Origin: Ptychomitrium polyphyllum | Taxonomy: Eukaryota | Direction of reading: 5' to 3' | Assembly: GCA_973851085.1 (NCBI GenBank) | Contig: OZ316775.1 | Location: 2,418,001-2,482,000 of the forward strand | DNA length: 64,000 bases | Part shown: positions 29,101-43,236 of the stretch, piece after piece | How positions within the stretch are numbered: the first letter of the stretch is position 1 | Layout of the letters: every line of letters begins with the position of its first letter | Position numbers and translations under genes: made by a program | The notes under the pieces: generated by a model | What the model was told of the DNA's origin: nothing | The model's input: the letters and a program-made list of their open reading frames with translations, nothing else | Databases searched by the model: none

Positions 29101-29440
29101 TCAACTGCACACCCCTATCAACCGTTCCTAATGACCGACTTCTACCTATTGCAGCACTACCTTTGTCACTCGATCTCCCTACTTCCATAATGAAGAGGGC
29201 CAAAAATCAGAAATGGACCTCTAAGTGGAAAACTTTGAAAGTGGCTGTATGTATGTAGACATATTTTCCAGCACTTTCTGCAATGATACAAGTTCGAAGC
29301 TCTGGGCTAGCCTGATAGCACAACAATGGAAACGCAGACAGCCGGTTAATGTGAATGGTTATCTACCGTGAGCTTGTGAGAGGCAGAAAAATTATAGCTC
29401 CTGCAGGAAATGCCGGTTTAAAATCAGAAAGAGGATAATA

Positions 29441-32400
29441 CTATCTTGGCCCAGATAGCTCAAGAGCCTGCATAAAAGAGGAGTTAGAGTCTAAATTCAA
29501 CCCAGGTAGAAAGCGAGGCATATATTGTGCTTCTTGGTTGCGGATCACCTCCAGCTTTTCCCACTCTGCCCAACGCTCTTCAAGGCCGTTCCCTTCTAGC
29601 ATCATTACCACTTCACTCATTTTTGGCCTGACTGTTGGAGAGCTTTGCGTACACAATAGTGCTACCTGTGCATCCCGAACGATTCATTTGAGTGAGATAA
29701 TGAAAGATAGTACCACGAGTTTAGCAATGTTGGATAAACATGACTTCGCAACCTTAAGCTAGCGGCAGGCTCCACTACCTAAAAGCTGCCTTCTGTGACC
29801 AAGCGAAAGAATTATGGAGAAATGAATCGATAAAGTTAAGACGTTAAGACAGCTCCATCCAACGGCTATGAAACGGGCTCAGAAACAACCAAAAGTAAAA
29901 CCACTTTATAATGCACCACCCCAGCTGTTCACTATCGATAGGAAGAAAGGACAAAAAATTACCCCACTGACATCATCGGCCAGCAAAAAATACATGTTCA
30001 AATGAACTGCCTGCATAATCCATAGGCATAAAAAAGATCACGTCTTGTAAAGAAGCATTCGAAAACGCATGGATCTTGGATTGAACTCACCCGAAGTAAC
30101 TCTTTAATATCTGTGATATCATACACCTCGAGATTAGGGTCTACCATCACCTCCACCCTGTCATCTTTGACAAATTTTTTTACCTAAAATTTTGAGAAAA
30201 AATTGGCATGAGCTTCAACATCCACAGAATTGTTAAGATATCACGGTTAAGAGAAAAATTTGAGGCAGTGTCATAGATCATGTCTACTGAACAGAGGAAT
30301 AACAGATACTGCTTCATTTGAATTAGTCTCAAACAACGTATTCAATAGAAACTCGATTCTGCCCTATTGAACTTGTTTTTCAGTAGTCTGGTAAATGATA
30401 GTTTATCATAGGTGCAACTGTTACCAAGCTGATTCTCTTCTTTGTATGACACTGACCTGCATTGAATTATTTTATCCAAATGCTATACTATATCCTCTTC
30501 CATCATAGAGCATTTATAGTTTCCACTCTCGTTAAACAAATTACAATAGGTTGACTCTTTGATGTTTGTTCTTCATTTGTTTGGTGTTTTATTTTAGGTA
30601 GGTTGGATGAATGTAGGAGGCGCAAATAAATGAACCTGAGAAACTCACCCAATCCAAGAGCATCACATCCTCATCATCAGCAAGACGAGATAAATTCACA
30701 GCACCCTTTCCAGTAATTAGCTGCAGCAACGTGATCCCATAACCATACACATCAGTCTTCTCTGATGACTTTCCAGTGGACATATACTCTGGCGGAATGT
30801 GGCCAGGAGTTCCTCGAACTGCTGTTGTAAAATGCGTGTTCTTGAAATCCACAGGTTTGGCCAACCCGAAATCCCCGACCACGGCCTCGAACTCATCATC
30901 GAGAAGAATATTGTCAGCTTTAACATCACGGTGAATGATCTTTGGGTTGCACTGTTCATGCAAGTATGCCAATCCCTTTGCTGCTCCCAGAGCAATATGT
31001 TTCCGCATTTTACAACTCAGAGCAGGCTCTTCCCCCTCAGGTCCTGCAAAAGAAAGCGCGTAAGACCAAATTACACAAAGGTCACATAGATCGTAAAATG
31101 TACATTGGTTTTTTATAAGGATTGTAAAACATACATTCAGTTCATCCGATCTTTTCAAAAATCTGTCCTGGGCCAAGTTCGGCAGCACATCCGACCTTGC
31201 AGAAATAAAGAAGTTTTAAGGGCTAAGAACGTACTTCTCATTTGGAGTTGAGAAGCAACACTCCCATTGCGCATGAACGGGTAGACGAGCAAACGCTCAT
31301 TGGGAGTCGTGCAAAAGCCATATAGTCGTAACAGGTTCCGATGTGCAGCCATGCTAATTATTTCGACCTGATATACCATCCAACAACTCCAAATAGGTAA
31401 ATCTGAAGTTAAGAACACCCTTGAGTACGACTACGAGGTTCTCGAAGTATCATAATGAACAGAACAGTAAACGTTTGCAAAGCTGAATCAAGGTAATGTT
31501 TAAGTGGAAGTCAAATAAAAATAAAGTTTCTCCCATACCATTTTCTCTACAAAATATATACAGAGAAAAAATGCAACAATCCGGTTCATCTCATACCCAC
31601 TGGTGTCATGATTACGTAGAAATCCAATTTTATGAACAAATAGCGAAGAAAGGGTTACCTCCGTTTGGAACTGTTGCTCATTTCCTGAGCTGCGGCCTTC
31701 TTTCAGTCGTTTGACAGCAACTGCTGTTCCGTCAGTGAGCACACCCTTGTAAACCTTGCTAAACCCACCGCGTCCTATCTCGTTTCTGAAATTTTCCGTT
31801 GCAATTCGTAGCTGGGAGAGCGTAAAGCGCTTCAGTTGTCCTAGATTTACTTCCGAATCTTCCTGTGCTGTGGTCACCACAAGAACACCAAGTTTTGTTA
31901 ATTAAACTAATGTGTGACGGCATCTTCCGCTTGGGGTTAAGAGAACATTGAATATCTAAACCGTCTACACCATCTTACAATTGAAAAATGAAAGGTTCTG
32001 TTGACCCTTCATTTATCAAAATATTTTTCCACCTCGGTCATTTTCAGTGCTCCCCAATTTGAATGATCGCAGAAAGGCTTACCAGGCACATCGAAGAAGG
32101 CATCTTTTGGATGGCGCCGACGCCAGTAGATGTACGCGCCAATAATACATAGCAAAGCAACAACACCAGCAGCTGCTCCTCCTGCAATAACTCCTACGGG
32201 TACTGCAATCCGTCCATTTTTGCATCATATCAAAATTCGCGTCGTCCGAAGGAATTCTAGATGGAGTGCAAGGAGCCCAATCAAGAAAAAAACATTGAAG
32301 AAAAAATACCACTTGAACTTGTAGAACTCGGTAATGGCGGGTCGTTGGGGCATAGTACCCCAACTGGAACACCACATAAATTGGGATTCCCCGCAAAACT

Positions 32401-35400
32401 GCACACAAAATGATTACACAAAGTGTGAGGTCGATTTGAATAATAATACTTATCTCATGTGCTATGCAAGCGTATTAAGGTATTACACTGTATCCACTGA
32501 CTTGGAACAAACCTGGTTCCAAATCTCTAACAACCATAACATAGTAGGAACTCTGAGCGAAGTATCTTGACTTGAGGTCTGCAATGTAGAGAACCTAGAA
32601 AAGATCGATGTTCCAGGATTCGTAGCTTGACATTCAATGTTGCAATGCTTAGCGATTTTAATAAGCTCGAACCAGACATTGCCCGTCAAATATTTTTCAT
32701 AGAATCAATATTAATATAAAGCGCACTTTCTGTAATCAATTTACGAGGCCAGTTGTTGAGAGAGATATGTAATGGTGTCTTACAACTGATGTCCTACATT
32801 TGCCCATGAACCATTGGGATAAACCCTGCCAGAAAGATTGTTGTTTGCCACATCGCTGCAAAAACCCATTCATATCTGCTTAGCTCTAGTTTTGTTTGCT
32901 TTTGGATCACATCTCATACATCTTCAATTGGTAAAATAAACAATGTAACTAATATCTCACATCTAGAAAATTGAATCTAAAGCGCCAGCACTTCTCGAAA
33001 GAGACCTAAGTTATAGACTCCAACAGCTATCAATTAATGACCCTCATTGCGATCTAATTCTCTCATACCACTTTCAATTTTCTCAGCTTCTATAAATTGA
33101 GAATTCAACTCAGTGAAAAGGCATAATATTGACCATACTATAAGACTGCTAAATGACACGCTTGTACACAAAACGACCCGCGACCATTCGACAAGAGTTC
33201 TATATACCATGTTCAGATGCCGAGTCTAGATCGAATTTACAAAGATTGGATGAACTTACAAAGCGGTAAGGTTGGTGGGCTTGGTAAGTTGTACAGGGAT
33301 AGAACCTACGAGATTGTTGGAGCTGAGTATGCTGCACATACCACCGAGCAAAAGTCGATGGTCACAGGCGTTCATTACACACGAAATTGGTGCTCAGTTT
33401 GTTCGAGGCAGGAGCTCTTGAACAATGGAGTATTTCATTCCACACTCCATGATACGACGAACCGACAAGACAACGATTCAAAATGTTACTATTTAACATG
33501 TTATTGTAAAGTTTGCACATTGGATATGCGATTCCTAACCAAAGCAATTGCAGATTCTTAAGAGTCTGGATAGAACGGGCGGTGTTTGGGGAGAGGTCGA
33601 CATACAGATTAGTCAAATTGCCAAGATTGCCAAAAGACTCTGGGATGTTCCCAGACAGTTTGTTCTGGGACAGATCCAGAAAGGAAAGAGCCATAAGATT
33701 TCCCAGTTCCGGGGGTATACTTCCATTAAATTCATTTTTATATAGAGTTCTGCAAAATCAAGCCAGAAATCTTACATCAATCAAAGAACAGATTTTCAGT
33801 ACTGTGCTAATTGTCACAGAAGTTTTTCAAATACTGCTTTGAAAAGAATATTGCCTCGACTTGCTTCCACCAATAGTTTACTGACTGAACAACTACTTAT
33901 GTGCTTGCCGTTTTTCCATGTTCTGAAGAAACTATAATGCTGCTGTGCATGATAGGTTCAAGTTCCGCTAGGAGCTCAAAAACAAGCTTAATCAAAATGA
34001 AGGACGTACAAACAATGTCGAGCAATAAGCACTTACAGATATTTAAGCTGTGAGAGCTGCCCAAGACTTGGGGCCAGTGGCCCTGCAAGACCGGAGTTTC
34101 CAAGATCTCTGCAATCGTTACCTCAGACGTCAGTAGCTATCACCATTGTGATTCTCAATACTGATAAGACAAAGCAGCATATAGCAGTGGAGAAATCTGT
34201 ACCGGCTTTTAGCTTTAAAACCGAGCATTTAGGAACGGACACATTGTAAATTCAGAAATGTGGCAGGATGATAAAGGAATAGAGTAAACAACAAAGCGTA
34301 TTGTTCGAAAGAGGAGTGTGTTGAGACGGAGTCTTACATTCGTTCGACATGCAAGTCGTCGGTGCACTTTACAGAAAACCAAGGGTTGGTCGTACAGGGA
34401 TCATTAGGGCCGTCCCAATTCGTCAGCTTATCTCGATTGGTCAACGTGTTTTTCCAGTTGAAGAGTATAGTTCCTGCAATTCCATTTTCAAAACATCAAA
34501 CACACAAAAACTCTCAAGTGCAATGTCGCCCCCTGTTATGCGAACAATCATAGACGAGGCGTAGAGTCCTGTTTAAATGCTTTAAAGCAGACCTGACAAT
34601 GAACAGGATATCCGCAGAATGCAGAAGATATGATTGAGGTCAAGCGTATAGAAGGAAAAAAGAACTCGGCCGTCTTTTTCAGACCGGACAAAATCAAGGT
34701 CCTGTTCCTTCTAGACTCGCTGGCCGAGAAGAGTGTACGTAAAATCATAAAAGTACATGGGCTAAAGGATATTCAGAGTGGCCTAAAGTGTAAGGTTTTG
34801 GTAAATCTCCGATGGGGCAGAAAATAACGGGCTTAAGAAAGCGAACAAAATTATCACTCTGCTCAACATTCCGCCACAATTTCATCACATAATTCGGTAT
34901 ATGCGCCATTGGACCAGGCGGCTCGGAGCGATTATGTTGCTCCGAATACAGACAGTATTTGACGCAAGATGTATTAGCTGTATTTCCCCGGAAGTCTTAG
35001 AGTTGGAATGCGAGCTACCCAGAATCGTCTATAGAAGGGAGTTCAAAAGACATACGCTGTATGATGTTTAATCCGTCTATTTTCCATGCTTATACCACAT
35101 TCGATCAGGCTCCAGGAAACTTTTCATTCAAAACTGGAAACTAAATTTCAACCTAGACCTTGTAAAAGCTTGAGTCGCATATAAATACAGGTGTGACAGC
35201 GGCTTCGAACAGATGAAGTGCCATGGTAAGTAAAGATTGGCTCTGTAAACTTCCGCAAAGGTCCTAGTGGGAGAAATTCAGTGTCCACAATCACTCTCTA
35301 AGCAGCAGCTTGCTCTTCCCATCTGCAAAAGGCGCTCTGACCTAGAAAGCTTTCAAAACCTGGAAATTCTTCCACTAGCATCCAAACCAACTAGAACAAC

Positions 35401-35721
35401 CAGTCGAAGAGACGCCCGTAAGTACCAGAAAAGCGTGAACCACACCCAGCCCTAAGTAGATTGTCTTACACCTCTCCTACAACTCCCTTTTGCTAGAAAC
35501 AACACCACACTACCCTGGAATCCCCCAGCTTGCGAGAACCACTTCAGCGACACCAATCACCGACCTCATCAAAACCACACCCTTGCCATCCAATATCAAC
35601 TAGAACTCCAAGAGAAGCAGAACAACACACCTTCCTCAGTCGTCGCCCAAACTGGCACAGACGCACACAAGACCAGCAGACATCGCCACAGCCATCCCTG
35701 TCGACGCCATGACTGCATCAT
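29441..35721 (-). CDS. LRR receptor-like kinase subfamily II (SERK/NIK-like), 13 exons, 616 aa
   Basis: Exons with GT-AG borders and consistent phases: 35721-35631 (signal peptide [30 protein letters not shown]), 34473-34338 (LRR N-cap W..PC...WFSVKC), 34108-34037, 33749-33606, 33331-33260, 32855-32784 (5 LRRs in 72/144-nt exons), 32398-32310 (GNPNLCG cap, short Pro stretch), 32202-32083 ([16 protein letters not shown]), 31867-31659, 31367-31235, 31043-30649, 30183-30091, 29665-29441. Total 1851 nt. Kinase motifs VAVKRL, HRDVK and DFG are present, and the C-terminus ELSGPR is typical of SERK/NIK. Confidence 0.92.
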
Positions 35722-37799
35722 CCTTCACCACCACGACATCCCCTCCCCTCCCCCTCCCCGATCGGTTGCATCACACCCCCTGATGCTCCACGCTGCTTCA
35801 CCACCTCCTCTCTTCTCAAATCCCTCCCTGCCTCACCGCCTGCCCCACTAGATCAGCAACCAACCTGAGCCTCGAAAGCTCCCACACGTGATCCCATCGC
35901 TGACAACAGTCAGCGTTGTTGCGACGACGGTACTAGTGGGCAAAGTTACACAGCAGTGGAATCGAAACTGAGCGGTAAGATTCTGGAAAAGTTAGCCGAG
36001 ACTCGTGCGTCCTTGTTGCAACTTTTATGTTATTTTACTTCAACTTTTCTCATGAAAACAACTTGAGGATGCCACTCCAGCAAAGGCCTTTCGCATTGTA
36101 GCTGCCAAACCTGCCGTCTCCGCTGCAGCAGCTGCTGTCGGTTGGTCGGTCTGTATTGCTTTGACTTTGGGGCCCACTGACTGCGGGAGCATGCTTTCTG
36201 GGTCTACAGTACACCTACAGCGCCCTGTACATGGACGTATCAAAGTTGTAAACGTTTTTAAGTTAGCTACAAATCATGAACTCAAATAGCCTGCGTGAGA
36301 AGTGAAGCTACCTATTACAGATTCGGGGTGAGGCATTCAGAAGCTGTGGGAAACTTTCGTATGGGCTTCCGTTGTAAAGAAACATAAACAAGGTAAAGGG
36401 AAAGGCGAGATTTGGGGTAGGTGATTTCGATTTTAGTATTTTTGGCAAAAAGTATTAGGATCTTGATTGGATTTACGGCAAGTATAAAATATGGAATGTG
36501 GCCTTTGCAAATTTCTAAGGACAGGATATCTACTTGTATAATGAGTGTGGGTGGAAATTTTTAGACTTTACAAGCCATTTTTCTACCAATCTCAAAGAGG
36601 TGGCTTATCATCTTAGGTTAGAGATTATTTTAGTTTCAAAAAAAGAAGTGAATATTAAAATCAATCTCATTTAAAAGAATCACTATAATAAGAAATCCAT
36701 ATCTTTGTTTTTCAGTTTATTTATTATTTTAAATCTCCTTTTTGGATTCTAACTTTTCTTACTTTTTTAGATTGTTATGCCTTCTTTGCTATGGTCTATA
36801 GACTTCCTACTTAAGCTTACACCAAAACATTAAGTCACAACCATCTAAAATTCTCTCATATAGATGTATTTAAGCTACGATAGTCTTCCGTAATCTTGTA
36901 ACAATTGTGTGTTTTGGTTGGAGTCCAAGTTTGTTTTATGTTAACAAGCCCTTAGGATAGCGAGGTGCCGTTGGAATTTCTAACTCCAGCCTGTAATATG
37001 TAGATTTTCTTATTTAAAAAATGTACTTTATATTATTACAAACTACGTTCATGTCTGTGGAACGCGCCAATTAGCCTAAGCCTAGGTGGTCTACAAGCAG
37101 GCCAGCCAGGTGTATAGGGTTAGTGTTGAACTGTAACTTAAGGTGTGCGGGCACTGGTGGACTCTCTGCCCGGCAACTATCCACGTGGCACTCTCGGACT
37201 TGGCTAGTCAAACTTGCTGGGCAGTTGTATGAACAGTGTGGTGAGATCTTTTGAGCATCTCCAACGCATACACCAAATTGAAAAATACACCAAATTCACA
37301 TGTAGCTATTATTCTAGAATATCACCATTTGAAGCACATTTACAATGCTTCTTGATTTGGTTTCTGCTCAACTGCACAGTTTTACAATTGCAACATGTGA
37401 AACATGAGACTTTCATATGGTTTTCATTGAAATGGCACTAGTCTTTGCATATGGAAAATCTGATGAACTGTACTGATTGGATATTGCCTATACACAGCTG
37501 GTCTTGATTTTGTCTCCCAACCTCCAGTGATAGCTTTAAAACATACTCTTGTTTGCTAGACCTACCTCATTTTGTGTACAAGTATCAAACGAAACAATCG
37601 ACATGATAGCCAAGTCAAGGTGGCCACTATCAGATCCTCCACCCTTTGAGTAGGCATAGGGCCTGTATACAGGGAACACCTTGGTTGCAGCCGAAGGGAT
37701 ACAAGTACTACCTTGCTTGAAAGATGGGACCATTGTAAGCATGGTACCATTCATTAAAGAAGGGAGTTTTAATTTTGCAACGTTTAAAGAGCACAAACT

Positions 37800-40700
37800 A
37801 ATTTTCTCAATAGAATCTATAATTTTTAATTTGGAAATCGAATATATTTCAATCTAAGGCCTTGTAAGAAATAAGCAATAACCATAAAATGATTATTATT
37901 ACCTAGAATACACTATTAACACTTACCAAGTTGCCATATAGGATTTTAAGTAGATATTTTTTTTATAAAACTTAATTAGGTTGGAGTTCGTGGATTGTTT
38001 AGTATAAACCTCACTAAAAAATACTAATGTTGTTTATCAATGTAACCACTCCATTTCTTTGAGCTCTGATTTACTAAACCTATATACAAATACATTTAGT
38101 GTAAAAGTTTAAAATTTAAAATTTATACATCATTATTTGACAAATTACAGCTTCTAAGAATGACATGCCATTGATATGGAAATTTAACATTTGTTATGAA
38201 TTATGGTAAATCTAATTCTAATATGTGTTGTGAACCATATTCAATACCAATGATTTAGTTTCACATAATTAAAGAATCTATTCTTAAAATTAAAAAATTA
38301 TTGTAAATTTCATTTTTTAATCAACTATTTAGATTAAAGATTTTGCCATGTATTGTAGGAACAACCTAATATATCTTTGATATATAATTTTAAAAATAAT
38401 CTATCATTTAATCTATATCTTGGAAGCACCAAAAGTCTCAATTTTTTAATTCTTTTAAAGATTTTGAAAATATTGAATATGTTTATTTATATTTATATTA
38501 AAAACAAAAAGACTAAATTCATATAATTTACTAAGATGCATCACAATTCAAAGATCATAAAACCATAAGTTTTTCCAAAAAAACATGTAAAGATTCATGG
38601 TTAATATTGTGATATAATTAAATTTGAAATATCACATTTATCTTTACATGATCAAAAAAAAATTTGATTGAAAACATCATTAATTTTGGAGTATAATAAG
38701 AATAAAGGTAAATGATACATGGAAATTTTAGCCATACAATATTGTAATACATTTGTGAATGATATGGATTAGATTCAAAGTTATAATGCCTTGTAGATCC
38801 AAAAGTCAGCAAATTTATTTCAAAACTTATTTAATGATACTCCAAAGTTGAATTTTTATTATTAAAACTTTTTTTAATAAATAAACTTTCAATTGTAAAA
38901 TTGTTTAACATTATCTTTGTTTAAATGGTATAAAAGGATGTTTTTATAAAAATTAATGTATTCAAAAGTTGTTTCATGATGTCAAAAAATGCTCCAAAAT
39001 TAACAATCTCAAAGTTGTTCAAAATCAAATCCTTGTATACTAAATTACTTGCCAAATATTTACATTATCATTGATTAATCATATAATTGTAAGTAAACCT
39101 AGTTTAATATTCAAACCAATTAATTTTATTGAAACTAAACATTAAATGAAGGAAAAATGATTCCTTTAAGTTCCAATCATTTAGGGTTATAAGGTCTATA
39201 AGTTTGTGCTTCAAAGAATGAAATGCCATATTATACTAATATAGCATAAATTTAAAGAATGCATCACTTTAGGCCATTTTATACAATAAAATAAGAGTGA
39301 ATAAAAGAAATAAAAATTTTAGTCTAAAATATGAATATTTGAGGCAAATAAAGAGTTCTTAGATCTTATGAAAATACAACTAAGATTGTTTTAAGAGACT
39401 TGAATAGTTATAATATTTTATAATGTAAAAAGTAAAAATTATAGTAAAACTTTATAAAGAGGAGTATTTCAAAATTATAAAGATTACATTAAAAAATTCC
39501 AATAGTTAACTGCTATGAGAAAAAATATCAAATATAAGGATACAATACAAGTAGTTTGAAAAGTAAAATTTAAGCCTTAAAGTATTTTGCTTTTCTTGAA
39601 ATGGTTTTGAAAAAAATATTATATTATGTAAGGAAAATGAATATAGGAATATAAGAATATTTTAAATATAAAGTTGGATTTCTATAGAAGCCAAGCCTTT
39701 AAATGGAATTCAAAGTTATATTTTTAATATTGGATTTTCATTGGTATTTAAAGTTCTATTAAAAACTTGATTTTTAAAAATTCTCTTATATTAAAAAATG
39801 TTGTGACATTAGTAATGTCATTTTTTCATCTACAACCTAAAAAATTCTTTGAAGAACTTAAGAAAGTAGCATTCAATTAGATTACTTTTAAGTCTTAGCC
39901 ATTCATATGGCTCTTTCTATTCTAAAATTCTTCTTTTAAACACTTTCCAATATATTATAAAGTAATTGTCACTTGTCACAAATGAATGGATAATCATTGC
40001 TTTACATTTTGATAGTCTATATACAATTTGGTGCATATGAAAGTCTTAATTAAAGAATTTAAGTTCATTGAAATAGTTTAAAAATATAAAAAACTACACA
40101 ACATATATGAGTTTAGAAATATAGTTGACCATCCATAAATGTTACTTCTTTAAACATTATAACATTATAATGTCTTCATTGTTATCTTTTTGGTGTTCTA
40201 AGAAATAACACTTTCAAATATTATATAACTTAAGAAATCTATGCTTTTCTTTTTATAAATACATCCTTGATAATTGTTATTTTTATTATTTACACTTATA
40301 TATGGTATTTCTACTAATATATATTATATACAAATAATCATTTGTATGTGCAGTTACATGAAAATGTGTGAATTTAGGATTAAGGTTTCATATTTTATAT
40401 ATAGCTCCTTTTTGCTAGTATAAATTATTCTAAAGAACTATCAATGTTTCTTTATTGAGATGATACAAATGAACAATGTAGCTCAAGATGAAAAAAAATA
40501 AAGTGACATAATTAGTGCAACCACTTCTACAAGTTAAATTTTAATTGTAATTAAAGGATTTTAGCTTCTTCAAACTTATCTTAAATAATATTTTATGATA
40601 AGTGATTATTTTTAATTCCAAGCTAAAATCTATCGAAAATGATTTAGTAAAACTTCAAATTTAATGCATTCACCAAAATAGTATTTGATAAATATTTTCC

Positions 40701-43039
40701 AATAATATAGTAGTAATGTATTAGTTTAAAAATGATTATGTTAATGTATATATTACATTTTGTTATTAATAATTTTTATTTTTGCAACTTTCACCTTTGA
40801 TTAATGCTATCTATATAAATGTAAAGCTGACCTTCTTTATTTGATATATGTAATACCTCTTTAAATGTTATTTCTTTTTTGCTCCTAACATTAAAGGATA
40901 GTCGATTGTACATGGTCAGATTCAATACTTGTGGACCATGTTCCACTATAATGCCTTAATCTCCTTTAAAGTCACCATTTTGAAACCAAGAAGCTGACTG
41001 TGCCTAAATACACCCAGCCAGTAGTTTGAAGACAGCTGTGATAGGTTCCACCCGACTTATCCGGTCAACCGAATCAGCATACTGGTATTGAGATGTAAAA
41101 CCTGTTTCAACGTCTAATTGTGGGACCCAGGGCCTAGATCAATCATGAAAACCTATAATTGCGTAAGCAGTCAATGCAATGGGCACTATGCTGTGCATGT
41201 CCAGAAAAATGGCTTTTGAGTACACCAAAGCAGTTCTAACTTGAGGGACAGGCCTGACATTTCTATTCGACAGAAACCTTTTGAGTGGAGACCAATTTCG
41301 TGGAAAAAATATCTTAAGATTCATTGGATCACGTCTGAACTTTCATAGATTTTCCATGAAATTGGGCACCATATATGTGAAGGAGGAAGACAAGCACATC
41401 ATGAATAGAGAAAGGAGCAAGGTAAATACACCCTTTATGAACACTTCGAAGTAGATTGGCATGGTTGTTGTTGTTGGAACGAGTTTATTTTCTTAAGGTT
41501 TTATTCGCAATTAAGAAAAGGTCCCAATACTTTTTAGCATGCAATTTTAAAAGATTCATATGAATAAATTATAAATTTCAAAGTTTTTAATATGAGGTGC
41601 ACCAAAAAATAACATTATGCTTGATGTTAGATAGTGTTCCTGATCATGATCAATATGTACTTATTATGAAATTTTGCTATTAGATACATGTTATCAAAGG
41701 TTGTGTTTTCCTTATGTTGTAATTTGGTTCTACTTCATCACAATTTTAGTCCTTATAATCATGTTTTAAAGGTTCATTTACACTTGATATTAATAACAAT
41801 ACAAGCAAAGTAATTCTAATCATGACACTCTCTATCATCTTTTCTAACATTAAGTATAGGACGTTTACCAACAATAACCTATTAAATGCACAGTTTATAC
41901 ATTTGATGTCTCATTTATACCAATCAAAAAAATCAAGATTAAAGTATTTATATATATTCATTAAAGAAATCATTTGCAAAATTATAAATTCATATCAAGT
42001 AAAAAATTAGCTTCCAATACACCTTTCAAGAAATGCATTGTAATTACAAGGAGGAGAATAAGGTTGCGTCAGCAATTGTTCGAGAATATTTTTAATAATT
42101 TTTTGAATTATTACATTTCTAAATGTAATTTAAACTCCTTCAAGCTTTAAAATATTATAAAGACTACCTTTTATGGAATTAATAATACAAATAAGATAAA
42201 AAAAAGATAACATAAATAGAAATTATTGATAGTAGTGCTTCTAAATTGCTACAAACATATTCTTCTTTTTATATGAATTATATTATTTTTTTCAAATTCT
42301 TCTTCTTGTTAAATTACATGTTTTTAATTGAAATAATTCAATTTAATCTTTTAAAGTTCAAACTACAACTATGTAATTGCTAAAAATGAATAAAACAATT
42401 GTAATTTTAAATATGAATGAACTGAACTTTGTAGTATGGAATTCAAAGTTTTGTTTCTTATTACACATACTAAATGAGTCAATTTATATTTAATTGTCAT
42501 CAATTTAAGTGCTTCAAATATGTATTTATATAATGGTATTTTGTATTACTCTCCCATTGATTGCATATAGTTATTTTTGCACTTTGGCTTCTATTGAGAC
42601 ATGTTATTTTAGCATTTGATTTGTTTTAATTATTCATCACTAATGCTTGTCAAATTTGTATGGTGAATTTATTTCTCTTCTATTTTGATTAGAGCTAAAT
42701 GGAAATGTTTTAAATGATTTTATCTTTGTATTTTTTTTCGGTTTGACATATAATCTTTTAATTATAGAATTTTATCAACAAAACTTACGCTAAAATTCTA
42801 ATAAAGAATAACATACAACATATTAATTAATAAAGCATGGAAAAAATTTGTGATAAAAAACTCATAGGATAAAAAACCCAAATTATATTGAAAAATTTAT
42901 TAAATAAACAAAATATTAGGCAAATATTGCCAATAAAAACTTAATTCTATTCAAATAAAAAATTATGTCTAATGAATAAAAATGGCATTAAAGATACTCC
43001 ATTTTTGCAGTGCAAATCATTGCTTCTATAAGTACTAGT
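37800..43039. mobile_element. AT-rich, CpG-poor block of unclassified decayed repeats ending in a Helitron-like 3' terminus
   Basis: Composition matches the other TE-derived blocks. At the right edge a hairpin GCAGTG-CAAAT-CATTGC (43007-43023) is followed by an 11-nt spacer, CTAG (43035-43038) and T. No coding motif recognised inside. Confidence 0.4.
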
Positions 43040-43100
43040 ATACTCTAAACTAACAAGAAAAACTTAAAAGGAATGATGATTAGTACCTGTAAAGGAACAT

Positions 43101-43236
43101 TCCACCCACCCAGAGCCACCTAAACCCACCCACGGGAACCTAAACCCACCCACGGGAACCTAAACGCACCCACAGGAACCTAAACCCACCCACGGGAACC
43201 TAAACCCACGCAGGGCCACCTAAACCCGAACCCTAG
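43101..43236. repeat. Tandem array of a 20-bp unit (TAAACCCACCCACGGGAACC), ~6.5 copies
   Basis: Exact copies at 43121-43140, 43141-43160 and 43181-43200. Variants at 43101-43120, 43161-43180 and 43201-43220; a partial copy ends in AACCCTAG. Confidence 0.95.

Noticed and set aside
32203..32230. Apparent broken splice acceptor (TGCAAAAATGG) suggesting the kinase is a pseudogene
   Set aside because: A valid in-phase acceptor TTGCAG lies just downstream (exon starts at 32202), so the reading frame is intact.
34548..34748. [10 protein letters not shown]... as first exon of the receptor kinase
   Set aside because: Its donor would join exon 34473 out of frame. Exon 35721-35631 gives a clear signal peptide in the correct phase.
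43101..43236. CRISPR array or true telomere
   Set aside because: Units are contiguous with no unique spacers and there are no cas genes. It is not a pure (CCCTAAA)n tract, and it is interstitial.
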